Position numbers and translations under genes: made by a program. Below, in pieces: positions 17,896 through 26,428 of a stretch of 58,474 nt of DNA; position 1 is the stretch's first letter, and the number at the start of each line of letters is the position of its first letter. This DNA comes from Chloroflexota bacterium (GTDB lineage: Bacteria; Chloroflexota; JAJPGV01), in assembly GCA_050695655.1 (NCBI GenBank), contig JBOGTU010000166.1, positions 1 to 58,474 on the forward strand. Reading direction: 5' to 3'. Under the pieces are notes generated by a model. That model did no database searches. It saw nothing but the letters and a program-made list of their open reading frames with translations, and was not told the origin of the DNA.

Positions 17896-18572
17896 TCCAG
17901 CGGCATCCACAGCTGGTAGCCGGTGCCGCGTATGGTCCGCAGCAGCGGCTGCTGGCGCGAATCGCCCAGCTTGCGGCGCAGGTAGCGCACGTACACGTCC
18001 ACAATGTTGGACATGGCCACAAAGTTGTAGTCCCACACGTGTTCGGCAATTTGCGTGCGGGTGAGCACGCGGTTGGGATGCCGCACGAAATACTCCAGCA
18101 GCGCGTACTCCTTGCTGGTCAGCTCCACCGCGCTGCCGGCACGGCTCACCTGGTGCGTCACCGTGTTGACCTCCAGGTCGCCCACCCGCAGCACTGGATC
18201 CTTGGACAGCGTGTCCCGCCGGAGCAGGGCGCGCACCCGCGCCAGCAGCTCGCGAAAGGCAAACGGCTTGGTGAGGTAATCGTCGGCCCCGGCGTCCAGC
18301 CCGGCTACGCGGTCGTCCACCGCGTCACGCGCGGTGAGCATGAGCACCGGCACGTTGCGCCGCTCGGCCCGCAATCGGCGGCACACCTCCAGGCCGTCGA
18401 TCCGCGGCAGCATGACATCGAGCACGATCAGGTCGTAAGGCTCGATTTGCGCCAGCGCCAGGCCATCCTCGCCATCGTAGGCCAGGTCCACGGCGTAGCC
18501 GTGCTCCTCCAGGCCGCGCCGCAGCACACCCGCCAGCTTGTGCTCGTCTTCCACCACGAGAATGCGCATCAC
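17892..18572 (-). CDS. OmpR-family response regulator
   Basis: [13 protein letters not shown]...[14 protein letters not shown]...LTARD...[10 protein letters not shown] plus a winged-helix C-terminus ([13 protein letters not shown]...[12 protein letters not shown]...TIRGTGYQL). Confidence 0.9.
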   Translation of the reverse strand: MMRILVVEDEHKLAGVLRRGLEEHGYAVDLAYDGEDGLALAQIEPYDLIVLDVMLPRIDGLEVCRRLRAERRNVPVLMLTARDAVDDRVAGLDAGADDYLTKPFAFRELLARVRALLRRDTLSKDPVLRVGDLEVNTVTHQVSRAGSAVELTSKEYALLEYFVRHPNRVLTRTQIAEHVWDYNFVAMSNIVDVYVRYLRRKLGDSRQQPLLRTIRGTGYQLWMPLE

Positions 18573-18789
18573 TCGCTCCGCTGCAAGTTTGGCCGCTCGA
18601 TAGGTCTCATGGAGACTTCGTATAGCCGCTGCGCATTAAGGCGCCATTAAGCGCGGCCATCACCCACCGGATACGGCAGCTCATGAGACCGCGCTCATGG
18701 TGAATTCATCCACCGTTCATCTTCAACCAGCAGGCTGGGCGAGCGCGTAGCTTTGGGCATGATTGGGACCGTTTGCATTGGGGAGCCTC

Positions 18790-19248
18790 GTGGCCGGCCG
18801 TCGAGCTGACGCGGCCGGCCAGGCGACTGATGCCTCGGAACCGAGCCGGCGCCCGGTTCGCTTTCCAGAGGGGCTGATTGGGCTGCCGGAGCTGATCGAG
18901 TTCGCGCTGATCGACCACCTGCTGAGCCAGCCGCTGCGCCTTCTACAATCAATCACATCGCCGCGCTTCGTCTTTGTGCTCATCAACGCCTTCAGCATCT
19001 GCCCGGAGTATGCCCTGGAATTGTCCGACGAGGATGCGGCGGCCCTTCAGGCGTGCTCGGCGGCAGACCTGCTGGTGCTGGCGGTGGTCAACCTGCCAGA
19101 GGGCGAACCTGCCACCGCCAACCTGCTCTCGCCACTGATCATCAACGTGCGCGCCGGCCTCGGCAAGCAGGTGCTGCTCGCCGGCAGCGGCTATTCCATC
19201 CACTACCGCTTCCTGAAGGGAGACCAGGCTGGCGAGGCGCCAGCGTGA
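18790..19248 (+). CDS. fliW: Flagellar assembly factor FliW
   Basis: Collinear with B. subtilis FliW as I recall it: VRFPEGLIGLPELIEFALI...LRLLQS...FVFVLINAF..YALELSDED...ATANLLSPLIINVRAGLGKQVLL..SGYS. GTG 18790 is preceded by GGGGAG-cctc. Confidence 0.75.
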   Translation: MAGRRADAAGQATDASEPSRRPVRFPEGLIGLPELIEFALIDHLLSQPLRLLQSITSPRFVFVLINAFSICPEYALELSDEDAAALQACSAADLLVLAVVNLPEGEPATANLLSPLIINVRAGLGKQVLLAGSGYSIHYRFLKGDQAGEAPA

Positions 19249-19272
19249 TCGCGTTCCAGCCGAGCGTTCCCC

Positions 19273-20148
19273 TTGCCCTCTAACTGGCGTTACCCGGAAC
19301 AGGGGATTATTCCTGCGCCGTACCACCACACCATGCTGGCGGACAAGAACCGCTGCGACGCCTTTCGGCGCGCCATCGATCGCAAGGTCGCGCCCAATCA
19401 CACCGTCTTCGAAGCAGGCGCGGGCACGGGCATCCTGTCGTATTTCGCGGCCCAGCGCGCGCGCCAGGTGTACGCGGTGGAGGCCGACCCTGAGGTGGCC
19501 GCGCTGGGCCAGGCGCTCATCCAGCGCAATGGCCTGGGCGGGCGCGTGGTGTACCGCCAGGGGCTGGCTCAGGCCGAGCTGCCACCGGAGCCGGTGGATG
19601 TGATTGTGTGCGAGATGATGCACGTGGCCCTGGCAGTGGAGCAGCAGCTGCCGGTGATGAACGCGATCCACCGCGAGCTGGCGGGCCGCTACCCGAACCA
19701 CCCCTACGCCGTCATCCCCGAAGCCGCGGTCAACTACTGCCAGCTGGTGCAGGTGGACTTCTCATACTACGGCTTTCAGGCGCCCTTCATGAAGCTGGCC
19801 AGCCCCTATGTGGCCGACAGCACGGTGGCGCCCCTGTCGCCCCTGTCGCGCTACCTGGATGTGAACTTCGGGCTGCCGGCTGAGGAGCACATCGCCGCCA
19901 GCTGCCGGCTTGAGGTCGATGCCCCTGGTCAGCTGAACGCGATCCGCATTCTCACGCAAGCCGTGCTCTCCCTTGATGCCAGTCTACCCGCGCCGGAGCG
20001 ACTGATCGATTGGTACTTGCACTACCTGCTCGTGCCGCTGCCCAATCCACTGCTGGTTCAGCCCGGCGCCGCCTTCAGCGTGGAGCTGGACTACGACGCC
20101 GGCTGTCCCCTGGACGCGCTGAAGTTGGCCGTCCACCCAGCTCAGTAG
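19273..20148 (+). CDS. Protein arginine N-methyltransferase (PRMT)-like class I SAM methyltransferase
   Basis: HHTMLADKNRCDAFRRAI (the PRMT pre-motif H..ML.D..R), motif I VFEAGAGTGILS, post-I VYAVEAD, motif II VDVIVCE, and double-E spacing EMMHVALAVE (E-x8-E). TTG start, 24 nt after the fliW stop. Confidence 0.65.
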   Translation: MPSNWRYPEQGIIPAPYHHTMLADKNRCDAFRRAIDRKVAPNHTVFEAGAGTGILSYFAAQRARQVYAVEADPEVAALGQALIQRNGLGGRVVYRQGLAQAELPPEPVDVIVCEMMHVALAVEQQLPVMNAIHRELAGRYPNHPYAVIPEAAVNYCQLVQVDFSYYGFQAPFMKLASPYVADSTVAPLSPLSRYLDVNFGLPAEEHIAASCRLEVDAPGQLNAIRILTQAVLSLDASLPAPERLIDWYLHYLLVPLPNPLLVQPGAAFSVELDYDAGCPLDALKLAVHPAQ

Positions 20149-21008
20149 GGGATCAGCCGGCCCGACTCGTCCGCTACGACACCAGGCGGCTGGAGTGCAC
20201 CGGGGGCGGTGAGCGCGGCGGCGTAGGCGAGGTAATCCTGCTCGGCCACGGGGGCGAAGCCGAGCAGGCCTACGCCAGCGAGCTCTTGCCGCTGCGCTTC
20301 GCTGACCGGTAGGCACAACAGTGCTTGGGCAATGGCCCGCTTGAGCGCTGAGCTGAGATCGGCGCGAAAAACCGCTGGCTGCACCGGATACGGGCCCCAC
20401 GACGTCAGGACGCGGAGGCCCGCCAGCGATTCCGGGCGCTGCTGCCGCAGCCACAGCCAGGTGTTGGAGTCCACCGCGGCCGCGCTCGCCTCGCCCTGGG
20501 CCACCAGCCGCAGCGAAGCCAGGTGCGAGCCCGACTGCACCAGCGATGCAAAGAAGTCGCGGCTCTCGCCCAAGCTGGCCAGCTCGAGCAGCAGGCAGTA
20601 CCAGCCGCTGAGCGACACTTCATCGTTATAGGCCCAACACCCGCTGCGCAGGTCCTGAAAGCGCCGCGCGGGGTTGTCCTGGCGCACGACAACGTGGGTG
20701 AAGTAGACCGGCCGGCCGGCGTTGCGTGGATCGTCGAACAGGGGCGCCGCGGGAACGAGATCCACACTCGGGGGCAATTCCGAGCGCAGGCGCAGGTAGC
20801 TGGGCGCGCACATGAAGGCCAGGTCCGCTTCGCCCCGCCGCAGAGGGTTGGGGCCACCGACTGGCGGGCCCGACGTCGCGCTGTCGAAGCGGGTGGTTAC
20901 CGGCAGGCCAAGCTGCCGCTGCAAATGTTCTGCCAGCAGCAGGAACAGGCGCTCGGGCAGGCTGGGCGCGAGGTACGAGAGAACACGTAGCCCGCTCGGC
21001 TCAGCCAT
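20142..21008 (-). CDS. PhnD/SsuA-like substrate-binding domain protein (no obvious signal peptide)
   Basis: 288-aa ORF. LAFMCAPSY, YFTHVVVRQDNPARRFQDLRSGCWAYNDEVSLSGW and AAVDSNTW resemble phosphonate/phosphite-type periplasmic binding proteins. No transporter partners are adjacent. Confidence 0.6.
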   Translation of the reverse strand: MAEPSGLRVLSYLAPSLPERLFLLLAEHLQRQLGLPVTTRFDSATSGPPVGGPNPLRRGEADLAFMCAPSYLRLRSELPPSVDLVPAAPLFDDPRNAGRPVYFTHVVVRQDNPARRFQDLRSGCWAYNDEVSLSGWYCLLLELASLGESRDFFASLVQSGSHLASLRLVAQGEASAAAVDSNTWLWLRQQRPESLAGLRVLTSWGPYPVQPAVFRADLSSALKRAIAQALLCLPVSEAQRQELAGVGLLGFAPVAEQDYLAYAAALTAPGALQPPGVVADESGRLIPY

Positions 21009-21081
21009 GTGGAAGCATTATGGCAAGTCTGGCCGCGGGCCGAACCCAGGTGCGCTGTTGGCGCTGATAGCCCCGCGGCAC

Positions 21082-21160
21082 ATGCAGCGCGGCAGCGCGG
21101 CCCTGGCGGAGCCTGCCTTCGACGTGGTGATTGTGGGCGGCGGCATCAATGGCGCTGAGT
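21082..21160 (+). pseudogene. N-terminal stub (~25 codons) of an FAD-dependent oxidoreductase (GlpD-like dinucleotide-binding motif)
   Basis: ATG 21082 reads MQRGSAALAEPAFDVVIVGGGINGA, a classic GxGxxG FAD fold start. Similarity ends near 21157, about 15 nt from the vapC 3' end. The rest of the 152-aa track ORF is antisense to neighbouring genes. Confidence 0.45.
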
Positions 21161-21171
21161 CTATGCCTGGC

Positions 21172-21600
21172 CTAAGCCAGCGGATTTTGCCAGCGGATTT
21201 CGTCGAAGCGCGCAAAATCGGTATCCGAAGACATCAGCACCAGGCCGTGCTCAATAGCGAGAGCCGCTAGTTGAGCGTCCGGAATAAGATTCCCGGTAAG
21301 CCGGTGTCGTGTGACGAGCCCGCTCAGCACCGTTGCCGTACGTTCCGTTGCCGAGGGTATCCAGACCGGGGCGGCATTCAGCCAGGTATCGACGTAGGCC
21401 ATAGCTTCGGCGGCGCTCAGCGGGTTGGTGGTTACCCGAGGGTGTGTGCTGATGCGCAGGAACGCCCCGATCGTCTGCCACGGCAGCGCCACCCGTTGGT
21501 CCCCGTCCAGAATCTGCTGCAACCAGGCCGCCGCCGCGCGGTTCAGCGGGCTCAGAGCATCGACCGCGTACAGAAGCAGATTGGCATCGACGAGCATCAC
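21172..21600 (-). CDS. vapC: Type II toxin VapC (PIN domain ribonuclease)
   Basis: MLVDANLLLYA (first acidic residue), LIPDAQLAALAIEHGLVLMSSDTDFARF (C-terminal PIN motifs). The ATGA overlap with the upstream antitoxin is at 21597-21600. Confidence 0.85.
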   Translation of the reverse strand: MMLVDANLLLYAVDALSPLNRAAAAWLQQILDGDQRVALPWQTIGAFLRISTHPRVTTNPLSAAEAMAYVDTWLNAAPVWIPSATERTATVLSGLVTRHRLTGNLIPDAQLAALAIEHGLVLMSSDTDFARFDEIRWQNPLA

Positions 21601-21818
21601 GCCTCGTCCAGCAGATCGAGGACCTCGCCGATATTACTGACGTCGACCTTGATCCCCAGGCGAGCCGTCCGATGCCGATACGGCGGGCGCTTGTCAGGCT
21701 TGGCAAGACCGGCGCGTATCAGCCGGTTCACCGCCGCACTCATTCCAAGGCCTTGCTCTCGTCGCACCTGCTCCACGGCAGCAGTGACATCCTCATCCAA
21801 CTTCAGCGTTGTACGCAT
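21597..21818 (-). CDS. vapB: Type II antitoxin VapB (ribbon-helix-helix type)
   Basis: 73 aa reading MRTTLKLDEDVTAAVEQVRREQGLGMSAAVNRLIRAGL, an RHH-like N-terminus. It is translationally coupled to vapC. Confidence 0.75.
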   Translation of the reverse strand: MRTTLKLDEDVTAAVEQVRREQGLGMSAAVNRLIRAGLAKPDKRPPYRHRTARLGIKVDVSNIGEVLDLLDEA

Positions 21819-22027
21819 GCGACTAATCTAGCATCATGATGCCGAGCCGTGTGCTCGCTCTCGCCGGTGAGAACCGCGCCCCCCAGCCACTGTGGGCACC
21901 CTCCCGGCACGATGGGGCTCGCCACAGCAGCCTTGGAGGCGCTGAGCTCGGGCGCGGGCCGGCATTTCACACAGGACACGGCGGCGAAAGGAAAGGCCGT
22001 TCGGCGGCCCGGAGGATAATGCTTGGC

Positions 22028-24256
22028 ATGGCAAGTGTGATTGGTGTTTCCGTACCACGAGTTGAAGGTCTGCAGAAAGTCACCGGGGCCGGCGGCTACA
22101 CGGCCGACGTGCTGCTGCCGGGAACGTTGTGGGGGAAGGTGCTGCGCAGCATCGAGCCCCACGCCCGGCTCCTCAAAGTCGATGCCTCGCGCGCACGCTC
22201 CCTGCCAGGCGTGCGGGCGGTGTTGACCGGCGCGGACCTGGGCCTGGTGATGTCCGGCACCTTCCTGCGCGATTGGCCGGTGCTGGCCGTGGACCGCGTG
22301 CGGCTTGTGGGAGACCCTATCGCGGTCGTGGCCGCCGACGAGCCGGATGTGGCGGAAGCCGCGCTGGACATGATCGACGTGGAGTACGAGTCGCTGCCGG
22401 CGGTATTCGATCCCGTAGCTGCGCTGGCGGCCGATGCGCCAATACTGCACCCTGATCGCCTCTCCTACGCGGGCGGGCCGGCCGAGGCGCCGAAGCACCT
22501 GAACATGCAAGGTCAATCCGGCTTCAGCAAAGGTGACGTGGAGCAGGGCTTCGCCGAGTCTGACCGCGTCTTTGAGAACGAGTTTGTGGTGGGGCGCCAG
22601 CACCAGGGCTACCTGGAGCCGCGCGCCTGCCTGGTGAACATCGAGGACGACGGCACGGTGCGGGTATGGTCCACCACTAAGGCGCGCTACCGCCTGCGCA
22701 ATCTGCTCGCCAGCTTGTTTGACCTCGATCAAGTGAAGGTGGTGCTGGAGCCGGTCAACCTGGGAGGCGATTTTGGCGGCAAAGGGGCCATTGGCCACGA
22801 ACCGCTGGCCTACGCCCTGGCCAAGGCCACTGGGCGCCCGGTGCGGATCATTCGCAGCTATGCGGAGGAGCTTATGACCGGCAATCCGCGCCACGGCTTC
22901 GTGATTCGCACCAAAACCGGCGTGAAGCACGATGGTACCCTCGTGGCCCGCCAGGTCGAAATGTTCATTGACGGAGGAGCATACTGCGCCCCTAAAGCCA
23001 GCCCAACACTGACCATCCCATCCGTGATGCGGGTGATGGGCCCCTACCGAATTCCGCACACCAAGCTGGAAGCCCACTTCGCCTACACCAACAATCCGCC
23101 CGGCGGCAGCATGCGCGCACCAGGCCAGCCGCAAGTAGTGTTCGCCGGCGAGTCCGAAATGGACATCATCGCTCGGGGGCTGGGCCTGGACCCGCTCGAG
23201 TTCCGACTCAAGAACGTGCTGAATGACGGCGAAGAGTGGCCCAACGGCACACGATACGAGCAGGTACCGTCACGCGCGGCGTTAGAACTGGCCCGAGGGG
23301 CCTCGCACTGGGACAAGCCACTGCCGCCCTGGCAGGGCCGCGGGATTGCCATCACCGAGCGCGGCATCGGCAGCGGGCCGACAGGTGTGGAGCTCACTTT
23401 GCACGAGGATGGCCACGCCACGGCCATGAACGGCACCCCGGACATGGGGGCCGGGGCGTATACGGTACTGCGCCAGATAGTGGCCGATCAGTTGCACCTG
23501 CCGTTGGAGGCGGTCACGGTGATGACCGGCAACACCAATCAAACCCTCATGGACTCGGGCACCGGTGGCAGCAAGTCCACCTACAGCCTGACCGCGGCGG
23601 CTATGGCTTGCGCCGTCCCCTTGAACGAGGCGCTGGCCAAGCTGGCCGCGGAACAGTTGGAATGCGCCGTGGATGACCTGGAGCCTACCGACAGCGGCTA
23701 CCAGGTAAAGGGCTCTCCCTCACGTGTAGTGCCAACCACGCGGCTGATTGCCGAGGCGGTGGCCCGAAGCGGCGGCCCGCTGCGCTCGCAATCGCCGGGG
23801 CCGGAGAAGGCGGCCTCGGAGATCAGTGCCCAGGTGGTGGTGGCCGAGGTTGAGGTCGATCCGGAGACCGGGCAGGTGAAGCCTCTGCGCCTCATCCTGG
23901 CCAATGACGTGGGCACACAAATCAATCCGCGGCTGCTGGAGGGCCAAATCGAAGGGGGCGCGATCCAGGGCCTGGGCATGGCCTTAATGGAGAACCTGCT
24001 GGGCCCGGGGGGCCGGGCCGAAACCTTCAACCTGGGCGACTACAAGATGCCGCTGATGGCTGACGTACCGGAACTCGTGAACGTCTACCTGGAGGGCATG
24101 GCTGGCCCGCTGGCCTACCAGGCCAAAGCCGTGGGTGAGCACGCCGTGATCCCCATGGGCGCGGCCATCGCCAATGCCGTGGCCGCCGCGACTGGTGTGC
24201 GCGTCCGGGCCATGCCGCTGTCCGCCGAGCAGGTGCTGGCCGGTTTGCGCCAGTAG
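22028..24256 (+). CDS. Xanthine dehydrogenase/aldehyde oxidase family molybdopterin-binding subunit
   Basis: IGVSVPRVEGLQKVTGAGGYTADV N-terminus, GGDFGGKG, and the C-terminal EGQIEGGAIQGLGMAL motif. Start at ATG 22028 (GGAGGA upstream; ATG 22019 is possible). Confidence 0.85.
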   Translation: MASVIGVSVPRVEGLQKVTGAGGYTADVLLPGTLWGKVLRSIEPHARLLKVDASRARSLPGVRAVLTGADLGLVMSGTFLRDWPVLAVDRVRLVGDPIAVVAADEPDVAEAALDMIDVEYESLPAVFDPVAALAADAPILHPDRLSYAGGPAEAPKHLNMQGQSGFSKGDVEQGFAESDRVFENEFVVGRQHQGYLEPRACLVNIEDDGTVRVWSTTKARYRLRNLLASLFDLDQVKVVLEPVNLGGDFGGKGAIGHEPLAYALAKATGRPVRIIRSYAEELMTGNPRHGFVIRTKTGVKHDGTLVARQVEMFIDGGAYCAPKASPTLTIPSVMRVMGPYRIPHTKLEAHFAYTNNPPGGSMRAPGQPQVVFAGESEMDIIARGLGLDPLEFRLKNVLNDGEEWPNGTRYEQVPSRAALELARGASHWDKPLPPWQGRGIAITERGIGSGPTGVELTLHEDGHATAMNGTPDMGAGAYTVLRQIVADQLHLPLEAVTVMTGNTNQTLMDSGTGGSKSTYSLTAAAMACAVPLNEALAKLAAEQLECAVDDLEPTDSGYQVKGSPSRVVPTTRLIAEAVARSGGPLRSQSPGPEKAASEISAQVVVAEVEVDPETGQVKPLRLILANDVGTQINPRLLEGQIEGGAIQGLGMALMENLLGPGGRAETFNLGDYKMPLMADVPELVNVYLEGMAGPLAYQAKAVGEHAVIPMGAAIANAVAAATGVRVRAMPLSAEQVLAGLRQ

Positions 24257-24258
24257 AG

Positions 24259-26241
24259 TCAGCACTCGCCGGCCGCCGGCTTGGACGCGTTCGGCGCGGT
24301 GGCGTTGACGATCGCCAACGGCTCCAGCGCGTCCGCCGGCGCAAAGCCGAAGATCTGCGCATAGAAGGAGAGCTCCGCCTCCAGCGTACGCTGGATGGTG
24401 CTGGCCTGGCGAAAGCCGTGCTGCTCGCCCGCGAAGGTTAAGTAGGCATGCGGCAGGCCTTTTGCTTGCAGCGCTCGGACCATCATCTCCGCCTGGCTGG
24501 GCGGCACCACCGCGTCGTCCAGCCCCTGAAACAGGATCATGGGGCAGCTGATGCGCTCCGCGAAGTGGACCGGTGACCGCTCATAGTACGCCTGCTTGGC
24601 CTGGGGATAGGGGCCGATGAGCCGGTCCAGATAGCGCGACTCGAACTTGTGCGTATCCGTCGCCAGCGCTTCACAGTCGGCCACCCCATAGTAGCTGGTG
24701 CCTGCTTGAAAGACATCATGAAAGGTCAAGGCACACAGCGTGGTGTACCCTCCGGCGCTGCCGCCACGGATAGCCAGGCGCTGCCCATCCACCAGGCCCT
24801 GCCGCGCCAGTTCCTGGGCGGCGGCGATGCAATCGCGCGCATCGACCACACCCCACTGCCCAGCCAGCCGGCGGCGATAGTCGCGCCCAAAGCCGCTGCT
24901 CCCGCCGTAGTTCACGTCCACCACGGCCAGGCCGCGGCTGGTCCAGAACTGAATCGTTAGGCTGAGCGCCGTGTGCGCGGCTGAGGTGGGGCCGCCGTGG
25001 CTGATGACGATGAGTGGCGGCAGCTCGCCCTCGGGCCCCTGCCAGCCAGCATGAGCTGGAGGATAGAAGAACGCGTACGCTGGCCCACCCTGTCCGGGAA
25101 AGGTCAGCGGCCGCGGCTGCGAGATGACGCCGGCATTGGGCGGAGCTTCCAAGCTCTGCCGAAGCACCGGGCCATCGCTCACGTCCACATTCCAACGAAC
25201 CACGGCCGGGGCCCGACTGGCGCTGGCGCCCACCAGGACCACCCCGTTGCCTAGCGCGCGGAGGTTGGGGCCGCCAATGCTGGTGAAGGGCGTGCTGATG
25301 GTGTCCAGCGCCATGGTGCCGGGCGTGATCAGCCCGAGATGGTCCAGCCCATCACGGCCCATCACGCAGGCGATGCGACCATCGGCCAGGAAGCAGTAGG
25401 TGGAGAGGCCAAACACCCACTGCGGGGTTCCCAGCTCCGCCTCTACCGGCGCCACTGCCTGCACCACGCCACCGCGCAGCCGGTACAGGTTCCACCAACC
25501 GCTTCTATCAGACACGAAGTAGAGCGTGCCGTCCGGGCTCCACGCCGGCTGGAAGATGGATTCGCTGACACTGCCGGCAATGCGCCGTGCGTTGGTAAGG
25601 GCGCCGTCGGGCGCGCGGTCCGCCACCCACAGCTCCGTGCCATCCCACGGCATGTTGGGGTGGTCCCAGCGCAGCCAGGCGAGCAAGGCGCCATCCGGGC
25701 TGATACTCGGCGCGGCGTAGAAGTCCGCGCCGGATACCACCGGCCGGGGCACCGAAGAACCATCGACCGGGATGGCAACCAGCTCGTTCAGCGGCTCGCG
25801 ATCGGGTGCATGCAGCTCGCGTACGCAGATCAGCTCCGCCCCATCGGGCGTGATGCAGGCATCCGCATAGCGGGCGCCCGCCGGCATCTCCGGCTCGGGC
25901 GTGATGGGTCTTGGCTCGCCGCTTTCATCCAACCGGTACAGGCGCTGATCGGAAAAGTTGGAGAAGAACACACTGCCCTGGTGCACCAGGTAGGCGCCGC
26001 CGCCGTATTCGTGCGCCCGGCTGCGGACGTTCCAGCCGGGCGGCGTAACGTCGCTCACCTGGCCATCGGCGCGGCAGCGAACCAGCGTTACGCGGCCCGC
26101 GTTGCTGGGCCGCCCCTCCAGCCAGTAGACGTCGCCGCTGGAGACACGCACCTCGTGCAGTGAGATGCTGCCCGCGGCGATGCTGGCGGCGGTGATGGGT
26201 GAGCTCCAGGATCCGTAGGGCGCGAGGTGGGGTTCCGTCAT
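24259..26241 (-). CDS. S9 family serine peptidase (prolyl oligopeptidase / acylaminoacyl-peptidase-like)
   Basis: N-terminal beta-propeller-like region (YGSWSSPIT...) and C-terminal alpha/beta hydrolase with nucleophile elbow IRGGSAGGY and the FQGLDDAVVPPSQ / EQHGF Asp/His regions. ATG 26241 (MTEPHLAPYG). Confidence 0.85.
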   Translation of the reverse strand: MTEPHLAPYGSWSSPITAASIAAGSISLHEVRVSSGDVYWLEGRPSNAGRVTLVRCRADGQVSDVTPPGWNVRSRAHEYGGGAYLVHQGSVFFSNFSDQRLYRLDESGEPRPITPEPEMPAGARYADACITPDGAELICVRELHAPDREPLNELVAIPVDGSSVPRPVVSGADFYAAPSISPDGALLAWLRWDHPNMPWDGTELWVADRAPDGALTNARRIAGSVSESIFQPAWSPDGTLYFVSDRSGWWNLYRLRGGVVQAVAPVEAELGTPQWVFGLSTYCFLADGRIACVMGRDGLDHLGLITPGTMALDTISTPFTSIGGPNLRALGNGVVLVGASASRAPAVVRWNVDVSDGPVLRQSLEAPPNAGVISQPRPLTFPGQGGPAYAFFYPPAHAGWQGPEGELPPLIVISHGGPTSAAHTALSLTIQFWTSRGLAVVDVNYGGSSGFGRDYRRRLAGQWGVVDARDCIAAAQELARQGLVDGQRLAIRGGSAGGYTTLCALTFHDVFQAGTSYYGVADCEALATDTHKFESRYLDRLIGPYPQAKQAYYERSPVHFAERISCPMILFQGLDDAVVPPSQAEMMVRALQAKGLPHAYLTFAGEQHGFRQASTIQRTLEAELSFYAQIFGFAPADALEPLAIVNATAPNASKPAAGEC

Positions 26242-26390
26242 GCGGGCAAACAGGTGCAGCGGTTCATGACTCTCTATTATCGCGGCGGCAGCTACAATCA
26301 GCGCCTTGGAGCGCTTGCGCGGGCACCAGCCGGGCGGCCAGTGGCCAGGAATGCTGCCCCCGGCGCGACCATACGAAACAGCATGTACTG

Positions 26391-26428
26391 AACAGCTCGT
26401 GAGTAACAGCTCGTGAGAAACAGCTCGG
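26391..26428 (+). repeat. Tandem 14-bp repeat (AACAGCTCGTGAGT x ~2.7) spanning the ppm1-like start codon
   Basis: Unit 1 at 26391-26404 (aacagctcgtgagt), unit 2 at 26405-26418 (aacagctcgtgaga), partial unit 3 at 26419-26428 (aacagctcgg). The GTG at 26413 lies in unit 2. The equivalent GTG at 26399 opens a 5-codon ORF ending in a TGA that overlaps the 26413 GTG. Confidence 0.85.

Noticed and set aside
16666-17919. 417-aa and 323-aa plus-strand ORFs
   Set aside because: They are antisense to the second histidine kinase, which has complete H/N/G boxes on the minus strand.
20812-21270. 152-aa plus-strand ORF as an intact gene
   Set aside because: Only ~25 central codons (the FAD-binding motif) look genuine. 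The 5' part is antisense to the phnD-like gene and the 3' part is antisense to vapC. It was kept only as a pseudogene stub.
21803-23134. 443-aa minus-strand ORF
   Set aside because: It is antisense to the xanthine-dehydrogenase-family gene, whose sense frame has clear family motifs. This is a high-GC artefact.
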